From an uncultured Actinomycetota bacterium (GTDB lineage Bacteria > Actinomycetota > Actinomycetes > Actinomycetales > Microbacteriaceae), in the NCBI GenBank assembly GCA_963709115.1, contig CAVPVF010000016.1, positions 429,986-493,985 on the forward strand: 64,000 bases of DNA. The letters are read 5' to 3'. The stretch's first letter is position 1. Every line of letters starts with the position of its first letter. The position numbers were made by a program, and so were the translations under genes. The notes under the pieces are model-generated. The model searched no databases and was not told the DNA's origin. It worked only from the letters and a program-made list of their open reading frames with translations. Of this stretch, positions 10,101 to 23,658 are shown in pieces.

Positions 10101-11408
10101 CTAACGGACGTCGGCGGGCCGGCCGGGCGCCGACACGGTGCGAGGCGCGAACCCGGTCGCCGGCATCGGCGCGGGTCGATCCGCCGATGCGTCGACTCCG
10201 CCGGCGGCTGCCGGCGGACCGCCGGCGACCCGGCGGCGACGACCGTCGACCGACGTGCGCCGTCGCAGCAGGAGCGTCCACAGCGCGCCCGCCACCGGCG
10301 ACCGCGGCCCCGACGCCGAACGCCCACTGGATGCCGAACGGGCCGGCGACCAGGCCGAGCAGGATCGGGCCGAGCCCCAGCCCGAGGTCGATCGCGGCGC
10401 TCGCGGTTCCGGATGCCACGCCGCGCTGCGACGGCGAGGCGGTCGCGAAGATCGCCGAGAAGAACGCGGGCGTGCTGAACGGCGACGCCGACGGCCGTGA
10501 TCACCGCACCCAGCAGCAGGCCGGCCGGCGACGGCCACGATGCGGCGAGCACGAGTCCGAGGGCGATCATGCCGAGCGCCGCGGCGCCGAGGGCGAGCGG
10601 CGGCAGCCGATCGGGGACGCGTGCGAAGGCGACGCGGCAGACGACGACCACGCCGCCGTACACGAGCAGCGCGAGGCTCGCGTTCGCGAGGCCGACGCGG
10701 ACGGCGTACAGCGACGCGAAGGCGAGGAACCCGCCCATCGCCACGAGCGAGGCGAGGAACCCGAGCGCGATCGGCAGGGCGGGGCGGTGGATGAGGTGAC
10801 GCTCGCCGTCGTCGGGTGGCGTGTCCGCCCGCGTCTCGCCGACGAGCAGGGACAGGCCCGCGGCCGCCACGGCGAGTGCGGCGGCGCCGGCCCACGCGAA
10901 CCCGAAGCCGGACATCCGGACGAGGACCTCGCCGAGCGGCGGCCCGAGCGCGATGCCGAGGTAGAGGCCCAGCGAGTTGTACGAGAGCGCTTCGCCGAGG
11001 CGCGCGGGCGGCGCGAGGTCCGCGAGTGCGGCGAACCCGGCGACGAAGAACGCCGCCTCGGCGACGCCGGCGAGGAGCCGGAGCGCGACGATCACGACGA
11101 AGTTCTCGGCGAGCGCCATCAGCGCGAGGCTCGTGGCGGCGAGCAGGGCGCCGCCGAGGAGGAGCGGGCGGCGGCCGTGCACGATCGGCGAGTCGTCCGG
11201 CGAGCGGCCGGAGCACGAGGGCCGAGAGGGCGAACGCGCCGAACGCCAGCCCGGCCGCCGCGTCGTCGCCGCCGATCGGGCCGGTCACGTAGAGGGGCAG
11301 GGCGAAGATGGCGACGCCGGTCGCGGTGAAGTAGCAGAGCTCCGCGACGCCGAGCGCGATGAACGCGGGCGTGAACAGGCGCTCCGTCGCCGGTCGGCGC
11401 GTCATCAC
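10101..11408 (-). CDS. MFS transporter (12-TM); at least 2 frame breaks
   Basis: MMTRRPATERLFTPAFIALGVAELCYFTATGVAIFALPLY at the N-terminus. Later segments such as LAGVAEAAFFVAGFAALADLAPPARLGEALSYNSLGLYLGIALGPPLG sit in another frame. Confidence 0.65.
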   Translation of the reverse strand: MMTRRPATERLFTPAFIALGVAELCYFTATGVAIFALPLYVTGPIGGDDAAAGLAFGAFALSALVLRPLAGRLADRARPPPAPPRRRPARRHEPRADGARRELRRDRRAPAPRRRRRGGVLRRRVRRTRGPRAARAPRRSALVQLAGPLPRHRARAAARRGPRPDVRLRVRVGRRRRTRRGGRGPVPARRRDAGGHATRRRRASPHPPPRPADRARVPRLARGDGRVPRLRVAVRRPRRPREREPRAARVRRRGRRLPRRLRTRPRSAAAARPRRRGARHDRPRTRARRIVAVAGRPAAGCGDHGRRRRRSARPRSSRRSSRPPRRRSAAWHPEPRAPRSTSGWGSARSCSAWSPARSASSGRSASGPRSPVAGALWTLLLRRRTSVDGRRRRVAGGPPAAAGGVDASADRPAPMPATGFAPRTVSAPGRPADVR

Positions 11409-11505
11409 GTGACACCTCGGCCCGGCGCGGTTCGGCTCGGCGATCGTGGATCGCGGGCGTCCACGACCTCAGGATATTCCCGCGAGCGCGGGCGCGGCGG
11501 CGGGT

Positions 11506-14500
11506 TCAGCGGAAGTCGCGCGAGCGGGCGGGCGCCGACACGATGAGGCGCTCGAATCGGTCGGCCACGAGGTTGGTGACCCCCTCGGGCGAGCGTTCGA
11601 GGATGCCGCGCACGATCATCGCGGGCGCCTCCCGGGCGATGCGGCGGTAGCGGTTCCACACGCCGACGCCCGCGATCACGTTGAGCGTGCCCGACTCGTC
11701 CTCGAGGTTCATGAAGGTGATGCCGCTCGCCGTCGCCGGCCGCTGCCGGTGGGTGACCACCCCGCCGACCTCGATACGCCGGCCGCTCTCGGCGTGGCGC
11801 AGCAGGTCGATGCGGATCGCACCGCGCTCGTCGAGCTGCTCGCGGATGTGCCGGATCGGGTGGTCGTCGGGCGAGATGCCCGTGGCCCACAGGTCGTAGA
11901 CGACCTGCTCGGCCGGGCTCAGCATCGGCAGCAGCGGCGGCTGCACGACGACGATCGAGCCCGGCGAGGTACTCCTCGCGGTCCTCCGCCGCCTCGCCCG
12001 CGAGCCAGAGCGCCTCGCGCCGCTGCAGGCCGAACCCGTCGAATGCGCCCGCCGCGGCGAGCGCCTCGAGCTGCTCGGCGTTGAGGCCGGCCCGACGGGA
12101 GACGTCGGCCATGTCGCGGTACGGTCCGCGCGCCTCGCGCTCGGCGACGATGCGTTCGGCGACGGTCGTGCCGATGCGAGGAGACGTCGGCGAGCCCGAG
12201 CCGCACCGCGAACGCGCCGTCGCGCCGGTGCTCGGCCGAGCGGTCGGGGGCGTTCCGGTCGAACCGGCCGATCGGCGGCTGCGCGGGGTCGGCGCATCCG
12301 CGCATGCCGGTCGGCTCGCGCGGATCCGGCTGCGCGGTCGTCGATCGCCGGCCCGGCCACCGCCGCCGACCGGCCGCGCGTCGCCGATCGCCTCGAGCCC
12401 GCGTCCACGCCCGAGCGCAGGATGTCGGGCCGCAGCATCTCGACGCCGTGCCGCCTGGCGTCGGCGGTGAGCGTCTGCGGCGAGTAGAAGCCCATCGGCT
12501 GGGCGCGCAGGAGCGCGGCGAGGAACGCGGCGGGGTAGTGCAGCTTCAGCCAGGAGCTCGCGTACACGAGCAGGCCGAAGCTCAGCGCGTGGCTCTCGGC
12601 GAAGCCGAAGTTCGCGAACGCCTCGATCTTGGCGTAGATCGAATCGGCGACCTCGGGCTCGATGCCGTTCTCGGCCATGCCCGCGTAGAGCTTCGACGCG
12701 CAGCCGCTCGATCTTCTCGACGCCGCGCTTCGACCCCATCGCCCGGCGCAGCAGGTCGGCGTCGGCGGCGCTGCAGTCGCCCACGGCGACCGCCATCTGC
12801 ATGAGCTGCTCCTGGAAGAGCGGCACCCCGAGCGTGCGGGCGAGCACCGGCTCGAGCTTCGGATGCAGGTAGCTCACCTGCTCCTCGCCGGTGCGCCGGC
12901 GGATGTACGGGTGCACCGCGCCGCCCTGCACCGGGCCCGGGCCGGATGAGCGCGATCTCGACGACGAGGTCGTAGAAGCAGCGCGGCTGCAGCCGGGGGA
13001 GCGTGCCCATCTGCGCGCGGCTCTCGACCTGGAACACCCCGATCGAGTCGGCCCGGCAGAGCATGTCGTAGACGGCCGCCTCCTCCTTGGGGATCGTCGC
13101 GAGCTCCCACTCCTCGCCGGTGTGCTCGCGCACGAGGTCGAACGTGTACTGCAGGGCGGCGAGCATGCCGAGCCCCAGCAGGTCGAACTTCACGAGGCCC
13201 ATCCACGCGCAGTCGTCCTTGTCCCACTGCAGCACCGTGCGGTTCTCCATGCGGGCGTGCTCGATGGGGCACACCTCGCCGACCGGCCGGTCGGTGAGCA
13301 CCATGCCGCCCGAGTGGATGCCGAGGTGCCGCGGGAACGTGAGCAGCTGCTCGGCGAGCTCGACGACCGGCGCCGGGGATGTCGTGGTCGTCGGTGGAGA
13401 CCACCGCGCCCCAGCGCTCGACCTGGCGCGACCAGGCATCCTGCTGCCCGGTGGAGTAGCCGAGCGCCTTCGCCATGTCGCGCACCGCGGCCTTCGGCCG
13501 GTAGCTGATGACGTTCGCGACCTGCGCGGCGTTGTTCCGCCCGTACTTGCCGTAGACGTACTGGATGATCTCCTCGCGCCGGTCGGAGTCGAAGTCGACG
13601 TCGATGTCGGGCTCCTCGTCGCGCAGGGCGGAGAGGAACCGCTCGAACGGCAGGTCGAAGAAGATCGAGTCGACCGCGGTGATGTCGAGCACGTAGCAGA
13701 CCGCCGAGTTCGCGGCCGAGCCGCGCCCCTGGCACAGGATGCCGCGGCTGCGCGCCTCGCGCACGAGGTCGTAGCACGATGAGGAAGTAGCCGGGGAAGT
13801 CCTTCTGCTCGATGACGTCGAGCTCGCGTGCGAGCCGCTCGCGCACGTGGTCGGGCATGCCCGGGGTAGCGCTCCTCGGCGCCCGCCCACACGAGCTCGC
13901 GCAGCCAGCTCATCGGCGTGTGGCCCGCCGGCACCTCCTGCCGCGGCAGCCGGGGGCGCGCGCTCCGCAGCCGGAAGCCGAGCTCCTCGGCGAGCGTCAC
14001 CGAACGGGCGACCGCGCCCGGGTAGCGCTCGAAGCGGCGCATCATCTCGGCGCCGCTGCGCAGGTGCAGCCCGTCGGAGGCGGGCAGCCACCCGTCGAGC
14101 TCGTCGAGGCTGCGCCTGCGCCCGCACCGCCGCGAGCGCGGAGGCGAGCCGGTGCTCGCCGGGGGTGGCGTAGTGCACCGCGTTCGTCGCGAGGAGCGGC
14201 AGCCGGGCGCGTTCGGCGAGCCCGGCCAGCGCGTCGTTCGCCTCCTGGTCGAGCGGATGCCCGTGGTCGAACAGCTCGACGACGACGTTGTCGCGCCCGA
14301 AGAGCGCGACCAGCCGGTCGAGCTCGCGCCACGCGGCATCCGTGCCCGCCGTCGCGCGAGCGCCCGCCGCACCGCGCCCTTGCGGCATCCGGTGGGCACC
14401 ACCCACTCGCCGCCCGACTGCTCGGCGAGCTGCTCGAGCGCGTACGACGGGCCGGCCCTTCTCGCCGCCCGCGAGCTGGCCGGCGGTGATCGCGGCTCGC

Positions 14501-14975
14501 GAGGCGGTGGTAGCCCGCCTCCTGCCGGGCGAGCACGAGCAGGTGCTCGCCCTCGGGGTCGGCGACGCCGATCTGCGGCTCGCTGAGCCCGAGCGAGAGC
14601 TCGGCGCCGAACACGGTCGCGAGCTCGGGGAAGCTCTCGGCCGCCTCGGCGAACCGCACGATGCCGTAGAAGCCGTCGTGGTCGGTGACGGCGAGGCCGC
14701 GAGAGCCCGAGCCGGTGCGCCTCCTCGACCAGCTGCTCGGGCGTCGAGGCGCCGTCGAGGAAGCTGAACGTGGAGTGCGCGTGCAGCTCGGCGTAGGGCA
14801 CGATCGGCCCGGCGGGCGCCTCGAGGCCCTCCGACGGGCGGTACGGATGCCGCTTGCGGCTCCACGCGGGGCTGTCGCCGCCGTCGGCGATGAGCGGCGG
14901 CCCGCCCGGCCGCCGCTGGTCGGAGAGCTTGCGCTCGAGCTCCGACCACGGGATCGACGGATTGTTCCAGCCCAT
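11506..14975 (-). CDS. dnaE2: Error-prone DNA polymerase DnaE2 (PolIII alpha-like, ImuC); many frame breaks
   Basis: N-terminal PHP domain [31 protein letters not shown]. Catalytic core [51 protein letters not shown]-terminal OB region [30 protein letters not shown]. Sits directly downstream of imuB. Confidence 0.85.
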
Positions 14976-14998
14976 CGCTCACCCACCCAGTCGGGCCA

Positions 14999-16544
14999 TC
15001 AGTCGTACCTGGCCTCGGCCCACCAGCCCTCGCGGTCGCGCACGAGGAGCCACGCGCAGCCGTCGTCGTCGACGACCTGGAACCGGTGCACGCGCTTGGC
15101 GTGCTCGGCGTCCCACCAGCGCTCGACGACCGGCCACGGGCCCGCCCAGGCCCGCACGGGCGCCGCCTCGCCGCCGCCGACCGCGAATCGCTCGGGCGCT
15201 GCCGAGATCGCCCCGCGCGCGTCGATCGCGACGGTCTCGCCCCGCGCGTCGAGCAGGGCGATCGGCAGCCGCTCGCGGAAGACGCTCGCGGGCGCGAGCG
15301 CGGGCAGGCTGCCGGGCCACGGCGCGTCGCCCGTGCGCTCGGGCGGCCGGTCGCCCCACGGCACGAGCACCTGGCGGTCGGCGAGCATGCGGCCGCCGCC
15401 GATCGTCGCGGTGACGACCGCCTCGTGGCCGAGCATGCTCTGCACGCGGGTGAGCCCGTGGTGCACGCGCTCGTCGGGCCCGCCGCCCCACAGCCCCTCC
15501 TCGTGGTTGCCCGTGGAGTCGATGCGCTCGGGCACGACCCGCAGCCGCACGATCGGCGAGGCGAGCCCGCTGTCGGCGGTGCCCGCGCCCTGCAGCTGCC
15601 ACCGCACGCGGTCGACGACGTCGGCCGGCGTGAACCATCGCGGATGCAGCCAGCTGCGGCTCGAGTGCCCGCCGCCCTCGTCGTCGAGCTCGATGCGCAG
15701 GCCCGTGCACACGAGCCGCACCGCCCGCATGCGCTCGATGAACTCCTCGGCGCCCACCCGGAACGCGAACGCGAGCTGGTCGACGCGGTCGAGCGGCGGC
15801 TCGAAGTGCTGCTCCACCTCGAACTCGGGCGGCGGCGTGCGCGCGACGACCCGCGCCTGCTCGCGCCCCGCCGCACGGTCGTGCGCGAAGGCGCCGGCCG
15901 CGCCGAAGCGCCGACGCACGTCGTCGGCGGGCAGCGCGGCGAACTCGCCGAGGGTGCGCACGCCGAGCCGGTTGAGCAGGGTCGTCGTGCGCGGGTCGAC
16001 CACGAGCCCGACGGGCAGCGGGGCGATGAAGGCGGCGGATGCCCCGGGCGGCACGATCGCCGACGGCGGACTCGCGTGCGGCCCGCGCGGCCTGCTCGGC
16101 CGCGAACGGCCCGTCGGCGATGCCGACCCGGGCACCCGGCACCCCGAGCTCCGCCACGGTCTCGAGGAGGGCCGCCGCCGCGGCCTCCTCGCCGCCGTAG
16201 TAGCGTGCGGGACCGCGGGCGCGCATCGCGAGGGTGCCGGGCCGGATGAGCTGCACGCCGGGCACGGTGGCCTCGACGCGGCGCACGACGGGTTCGAACA
16301 CGCGCATGTCGAGCGCGGCGTCGTAGTCGAGCACGATGAGCCCGGGGGAGCGGTACTGCGCCTCGCGCAGCTTCAGCCCGCGCGCGACGCCGTCGCGGCG
16401 CGCGGCGGCGGAGCAGGCGAACACGAGACCGTCCTCGGTGAGGGCGATGGGCGCCGCCGCGTCGAGCCCCTGCTCGCGGCACACGGCGAAGATCGGCCAG
16501 TCGGGGCACCACAGCACGATGGTGCGGCCGGGGTCGGCGGTCAT
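14999..16544 (-). CDS. imuB: ImuB (inactive Y-family polymerase-like mutasome subunit); 1 frame break near 16080
   Basis: [63 protein letters not shown] matches the UmuC/DinB-like N-terminus. The C-terminal part is in ORF 14999..16135. Positioned between imuA' and dnaE2. Confidence 0.8.
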
Positions 16545-17275
16545 CCGGTGGCCCTCCGCTCGAGGTCGTCGAGGCGGATCGGCTCGGCCGCGTCGGCGCG
16601 GTCGACCTGGTCGGCCGGGGCGAACTCCAGCGAACGGCCCGGGCAGCCGCAGCCGCGACCTGGCGCGTGCGCACGAACTCGCCGCGGCCGGCCACGCTCA
16701 CCGACGACCTCGCGCTCGGCGAGGCGCCCGTGCCCGCGCTCGAGCCCCTGCCACTCGCTCGCCTCGACCCCGAGCCGGGCGTCGCTGCCCGGCCACTCGC
16801 CCGCGACGAGCAGCGTCGCGCCGCGCTGGCGGAGCCGGGCCTGCAGGCGACTCGACTCGGCGGGGGCGACGCGGCCCGCCGGCCGCACCGCGACCACGGG
16901 GATGACGTCGGCGAGCGCGGCGACGACGGTGAGCCACTGGCGCCCCGGATCGGGCACGAGCACGAGCCGCTCGAGGGCGATGCCGAACCGGGCCGCGGCC
17001 TCGACGCCGAACTCGGGCATGCCGGCCACCGCGACCCAGCGCCCGCTCGCGCTCGGCCCGGCGAGCAGCGCCATGAGCAGGGTCGTCGAGCCCTCGACCT
17101 GCACGACCGTGCCCTCGCGGAGGGTGCCGCCCGGCAGCACCGATTCGAGGGCCGGATGCGTCGGCACGGCCTTGGAGTCGAGCCGCGTGGCCTGCATCCC
17201 GCGGATGCGGGCCTGCAGCTCCTCGACGCGTGCCGGCCGCGGGGCGGGGGCGACGAGGGGAGCGGTCATGGTCAT
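16541..17275 (-). CDS. imuA: ImuA' (RecA-fold/SulA-like mutasome component)
   Basis: [28 protein letters not shown]...[59 protein letters not shown]. First gene of the imuA'-imuB-dnaE2 cassette. A LexA box lies 10 bp upstream of the ATG at 17275. Confidence 0.75.
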   Translation of the reverse strand: MTMTAPLVAPAPRPARVEELQARIRGMQATRLDSKAVPTHPALESVLPGGTLREGTVVQVEGSTTLLMALLAGPSASGRWVAVAGMPEFGVEAAARFGIALERLVLVPDPGRQWLTVVAALADVIPVVAVRPAGRVAPAESSRLQARLRQRGATLLVAGEWPGSDARLGVEASEWQGLERGHGRLAEREVVGERGRPRRVRAHAPGRGCGCPGRSLEFAPADQVDRADAAEPIRLDDLERRATG

Positions 17276-17284
17276 ACCCCAGTT

Positions 17285-17300
17285 TCGAACATATGTTCGA
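17285..17300. promoter_or_regulatory. LexA (SOS) box TCGAAC-ATAT-GTTCGA, perfect actinobacterial consensus, 10 bp upstream of the imuA' start codon
   Basis: Read directly from the sequence: agtt-TCGAAC-atat-GTTCGA-atcc, a perfect palindrome of the GAAC-N4-GTTC type. Confidence 0.85.
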
Positions 17301-17416
17301 ATCCGGCAAGTCGAGGTGCCGACCGTCCACCCCGCGTTCCGGGGCCGATCGACGACCGCACGTCGACGCGCAGCGCACGGATGCCGCGATCCGAGGATCC
17401 GCGCCCGGAAACGCGA

Positions 17417-17445
17417 GAAGGCCGGATCATCATGATCCGGCCTTC
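17417..17445 (-). terminator. Strong hairpin (13-bp perfect stem, 3-nt loop) immediately 3' of tRNA-Leu on the minus strand, between the tRNA and imuA'
   Basis: gaaggccggatca-tca-tgatccggccttc. The flank on the minus strand is TTCTCGCGTTTCC, a modest U-tract. Confidence 0.5.
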
Positions 17446-17456
17446 TCGACAACGCG

Positions 17457-17540
17457 TGCGCGAGGGGGGACTTGAACCCCCACGCCCGTTAGGGCACTAG
17501 CACCTCAAGCTAGCGCGTCTGCCATTTCCGCCACCCGCGC
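17457..17540 (-). tRNA. tRNA-Leu (anticodon GAG), class II with long variable arm
   Basis: Reverse complement GCGCGGG-TG-GCG-GAAATGGCAGA-CGC-G-CTAGC-TTGAGGT-GCTAG-TGCCCTAACGGGCGT-GGGGG-TTCAAGT-CCCCC-CTCGCGC-A. Acceptor stem is 7 bp with one G-U. D-stem is 3 bp with G18G19. Anticodon loop has U33-GAG-G37. T-loop is TTCAAGT. Discriminator is A73. Confidence 0.85.
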
Positions 17541-17653
17541 GTTGTCTCAGGCCTCGATCGCTCGGAGGCCCGAGAGAAGACATTAGCACGGATTCCGAGG
17601 CGCCTCGAACGCCGCAGGGCCGCCGCTGGCCCGCCCCGATCGCGGCGGCTACG

Positions 17654-18990
17654 GTGAAACGCATGGCCGAGTCATCCGCAGTCCAGCAGCCGATCACCGA
17701 GCTCGACGAGACCGCGGTGATCGCCCGGGATCTCATCCGATTCGACACGACCAACTACGGCGAAGGGCGGGCGAAGGGCGAGCGCGAGGCCGCCGAGTAC
17801 GTCGAGGCGAAGCTCGCCGCGCTCGGCCTCGCACCGCAGCTCTTCGAGCCCGAGCCGCGCCGCGACGAGCGTCGTCGCGCGCGTGCCGGGGCGCAACCCC
17901 GACAAGCCCGCGCTCGTGCTGCACGGCCACCTCGACGTGGTGCCCGCCGACCCGCGCAACTGGAGCGTCGACCCGTTCGCCGGCGAGATCCGCGACGGCA
18001 TGCTGTGGGGCCGCGGCGCCGTGGACATGAAGGACATGGACGCGATGATGCTCACCGCGCTCGGCGACATCCTCGGGTCGGGCTCGCTGCCCGAGCGCGA
18101 GCTCGTCGTGGCGTTCTTCGCCGACGAGGAGGCGGGCGGCGGGGTCGGCGCGAGCTGGCTCGTCGACCGGCATCCCGAGCTCTTCGACGGCGCGACCGAG
18201 GCGATCAGCGAGGTCGGCGGCTACTCGATCACGGTCGGCGGCGAGCGCGCGTACCTGCTGCAGACGGGGGAGAAGTCGCTGATCTGGGTGCGGCTCGTCG
18301 CCCACGGCGTCGCCGCCCACGGCTCCCGCCTCATCCGCGACAACGCCGTCACCAAGCTCGCCGAGGCCATCGCGCGGCTCGGCCGCACCGAGTGGCCGCT
18401 GCACCTCACCGACACCACCCGCGAGCTGCTCGCCGCGATCGCCGACACGCTCGGCGTGGATCCCGAGCAGGTCGCGCCCGACGAGCTGGCCATGGCGACC
18501 GGCTCGGCGTCGGGGTTCATCACGGCCACGCTGCGCACCACGACGAACCCGACCAAGCTCGAGGCCGGCTACAAGCACAACGTCATCCCCGATCGCGCGG
18601 AGGCGCTCGTCGACATCCGCACGCTGCCCGGCCAGGAGGACGCCGTGCTCGCGCGAGGTGCGCGAGATCATCGGCGACGACATCGAGATCGAGTTCGTGC
18701 ACCGCGACGTCGGCCTCGAGGCCTCCACGTCCGGCCCGCTCGTCGACGCCGTCACGCGGTCGCTCGCGACGCACGACCCCGGGGCGCGCGTGTTCCCCTA
18801 CCTGCTCTCGGGCGGCACCGACAACAAGTCCCTCTCGCGGCTCGGCATCGCGGGCTACGGGTTCTCGCCGCTGCGGCTGCCGGCCGACCTCGACTTCCCG
18901 GCGATGTTCCACGGGGTCGACGAGCGCGTGCCGCTCGACGCACTATCCTTCGGAAGGAGGGTCCTGACGGACCTCCTGCTCGACTACTGA
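17654..18990 (+). CDS. M20/M25/M40-family metallopeptidase (dipeptidase-like); 2 frame breaks
   Basis: Metal-binding motifs [13 protein letters not shown] and GRGAVDMKD are present, then FFADEEAGG, and a C-terminal [14 protein letters not shown]...[13 protein letters not shown]. Confidence 0.8.
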
Positions 18991-19044
18991 CCAACGACCG
19001 GTCTCGTTCCTCCGGCTTCCGCGGAGGCGGAAGGCGGACACCAC

Positions 19045-19869
19045 GTGCTCGAAGCGCTCATCCTCGGATTCGTGCAGGGACTCACCGAGTTCCTCCCCAT
19101 CTCGTCGAGCGCGCACCTGCGGATCCTGGGGGAGTTCCTCCCCGGCGCGCAGGACCCGGGCGCCGCGTTCACCGCGATCACGCAGCTCGGCACCGAGACG
19201 GCCGTCGTCGTGTTCTTCTGGCGCGACATCGTGCGCATCGTCTCGCACTGGTTCGGGTCGCTGTTCGGGCGCGTCCCGCGCAGCGACCCCGACGCGCGCA
19301 TGGGCTGGCTGATCATCGTCGGCTCGATCCCGATCGTCGTGCTCGGCATCCTCTTCCAGGACGAGATCGAGACGACGTTCCGCTCGCTCTGGATCGTCGC
19401 GACGATGCTCGTCGTGTTCGGCATCATCCTCGGCCTCGCCGACTGGGCCGGCGCGAAGCGCCGCAAGCTCGACCAGCTCACCGATCCCGCACGGCATCGT
19501 CGTTCGGGTTCGCCCAGGCGCTCGCGCTCATCCCCGGCGTCTCGCGCTCGGGCGGCACCATCTCGGCCGGGCTCTTCCTCGGCTACGAGCGCGCCGCGGC
19601 GGCCCGCTACGCGTTCCTGCTGGCGATCCCCGCCGTCTTCGGCAGCGGGCTTCTTCCAGCTCGTTCGAAGAGCCTGGGGGAGCCCGCCGGTCTACGGTCC
19701 GATCGAGACCGCGGCGGCCACGCTCGTCGCCTTCGTCGTCGCGATCCTCGTCATCGCGTTCTTCATGAACTACATCTCACGGCACAGCTTCCTGCCGTTC
19801 GTGATCTACCGCATCCTGCTCGGCGGCACGATCTTCGCGCTGCTCGCGACGGGCGTCATCGACGCGTGA
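19045..19869 (+). CDS. uppP: Undecaprenyl-diphosphate phosphatase (UppP/BacA); 2 frame breaks
   Basis: [25 protein letters not shown] is the BacA signature. Later [27 protein letters not shown] sits in a second frame. The C-terminal TM segments return to the first frame. Confidence 0.85.
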   Translation: MLEALILGFVQGLTEFLPISSSAHLRILGEFLPGAQDPGAAFTAITQLGTETAVVVFFWRDIVRIVSHWFGSLFGRVPRSDPDARMGWLIIVGSIPIVVLGILFQDEIETTFRSLWIVATMLVVFGIILGLADWAGAKRRKLDQLTDPARHRRSGSPRRSRSSPASRARAAPSRPGSSSATSAPRRPATRSCWRSPPSSAAGFFQLVRRAWGSPPVYGPIETAAATLVAFVVAILVIAFFMNYISRHSFLPFVIYRILLGGTIFALLATGVIDA

Positions 19870-19901
19870 CGGATGCCGCGGCGGCATCCGCTCGATCGGC
19901 C

Positions 19902-20848
19902 TCAGGCAGCCGTCGCGCGGCCGCCAGGGCTCGTCGCGCGGACCCTCGCGCCCGTCGGCGCGGCCCTCGGGCCCCTCGCCGCGGCGGCGCAGGTAGCGCT
20001 CGAACTCCTGGGCGATCGCCTCGCCGCTCGCCTCGGGCGCGTCGACCGCGTCGCGCGCCTGCTCGAGCTGGGTGATGTAGCCCGCCATGTCCTCGTCGTC
20101 GGCCGCGAGCGCGTCGACGCCGGCCTCCCACGCCTTGGCCTCGGTCTCGAGGTTGCCGCGCGGGATGCTGAGGCCGGTGAGCTCCTCGAGCTTGCCGAGC
20201 AGGGCGAGCACGGCCTTCGGGCGACGGCGCGTTGTGCACGTAGTGCGGCACGGACGCCCAGAGCGACACGGTGGGGATGCCCACGCGCTCGGCCTGGTCG
20301 GCGATGACGCTGAGGATGCCCGACCGGGCCCTCGTAGCTCGACCGGTCGACGCCGAGCGCCTCGCGCACCTCGCGGTTCTCGCTCGACGCGAACACCGAG
20401 AGCGGACGCGTGTGCGGGGCGTCGGCGAGCATGGCGCCGAGCAGCACGATGCCCTCGATGTCGGCCGTGAGCGCGGCATCCACGAGCTCGGCGGCGAAGC
20501 CCTTCCAGCTGCGCGCCGGCTCGGCGCCGATCAGCACGTGCAGCGTGTCGGCGCCGGGGCCGGTGACCCGCTCCTCGTCGTCCGAGGTGGGCGTGCCGCC
20601 CGGGCCGAGGATCGCGGCGCCGGGCCATTCGAGGCGCCGCGACGCCGTCGTCGCCGACGACGACCGTGGGCCGCGTGAACTGGTAGTCGAAGTAGAGCTC
20701 GGGGTCGACCGCGGCGATCTCGACGAGGCCGAGGCGCTCGGCCAGGAGCTTCGCCGCCCCGGTCGCCGCCTCGCCGGCGTCGTTCCATCCCTCGAAGGCG
20801 ACGACGAGCAGCCTTCCGCCCTCGAACCCGGCCGGCTGATTCACTCCA
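19902..20848 (-). CDS. PAC2-family protein (proteasome assembly chaperone-like); frame breaks; C-terminus uncertain
   Basis: [54 protein letters not shown] at the N-terminus with a GTG start and GGAG RBS. Middle segment [46 protein letters not shown]. Downstream segment [11 protein letters not shown]. Confidence 0.7.
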
Positions 20849-20898
20849 GGTGCCCCGCTTCCCGCCCCGGACGCCCGGGGTCCCTCCCACAATAGGCC

Positions 20899-21591
20899 GT
20901 GCCCGTAGACTTGCGGGTTGTGACCACTCGCCTTCCCGCCGCCGTCCTCTGGGACATGGACGGAACCCTCGTCGACACCGAACGCTACTGGATGGCGGCC
21001 GAGGAGGAGCTCGTCGAGTCCTTCGGGGGCCGCTGGACCCACGAGGACGCCCTCGGGCTCGTCGGCAGCGGACTGTGGGAGTCGGCGCGGGTGTTCCAGG
21101 CGGCGGGCGTCGACCTCGACGCCGACACGATCGTCGCGCGCCTCACCGCGCGCGTGCAGGAGCAGCTCGCCGAGCACGGCGTGCCGTGGCGGCCGGGCGC
21201 GCGCGAGCTGCTCGAGGCGCTCCGCGTGGCATCCGTGCCCACCGCGCTCGTCACCATGTCGGTCCGCTCGATGGCCGACGACATCGTGCGCGCGATCCCG
21301 TTCGAGGCGTTCGACGTGATCGTCACCGGCGACGCGGTCGGCAACGCGAAGCCGCATCCCGAGCCCTACCTCACCGCGGCCGACGCCCTCGGCGTCGACG
21401 TGCGCGACTGCGTCGCGATCGAGGACTCGCCCGCGGGCCTCACGTCGGCGTGGTCGGCCGGCGCCGTCACCGTCGGCGTGCCGAACTTCCTCGTCGCTCG
21501 ACGAGGCGCCCGCCCACGTGCTCTGGGAGACCCTCGCCGACAAGTCGGTGTCGGATGTCGCGGCGCTCCTCGACGCGCGGGAGGCCAGCGC

Positions 21592-21595
<4 letters not shown>
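20899..21595 (+). CDS. HAD-superfamily hydrolase (subfamily IA, beta-phosphoglucomutase/phosphatase-like); 1 frame break near 21490
   Basis: Motif I AVLWDMDGTLVDTE is present, with ...TGDAVGNAKPHPEPY and AIEDSPAGLTSAWSAGAVTVGVPN downstream. An alternative GTG start at 20920. The stop TGA overlaps the trmI ATG (ATGA at 21592-21595). Confidence 0.75.
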
Positions 21596-23621
<2,026 letters not shown>

Positions 23622-23658
23622 GCCGGCGGTCGCGGCCGTCGGCCGCCCGCCGTTCAGT

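Noticed and set aside
17300-17660. Integrase or mobile element next to tRNA-Leu, which could imply the mutasome cassette is an integrated island
   Set aside because: No integrase, transposase, att-like direct repeat of the tRNA 3' end, or GC-content break is present. Both flanking genes, imuA' and the M20 peptidase, are typical core genes.
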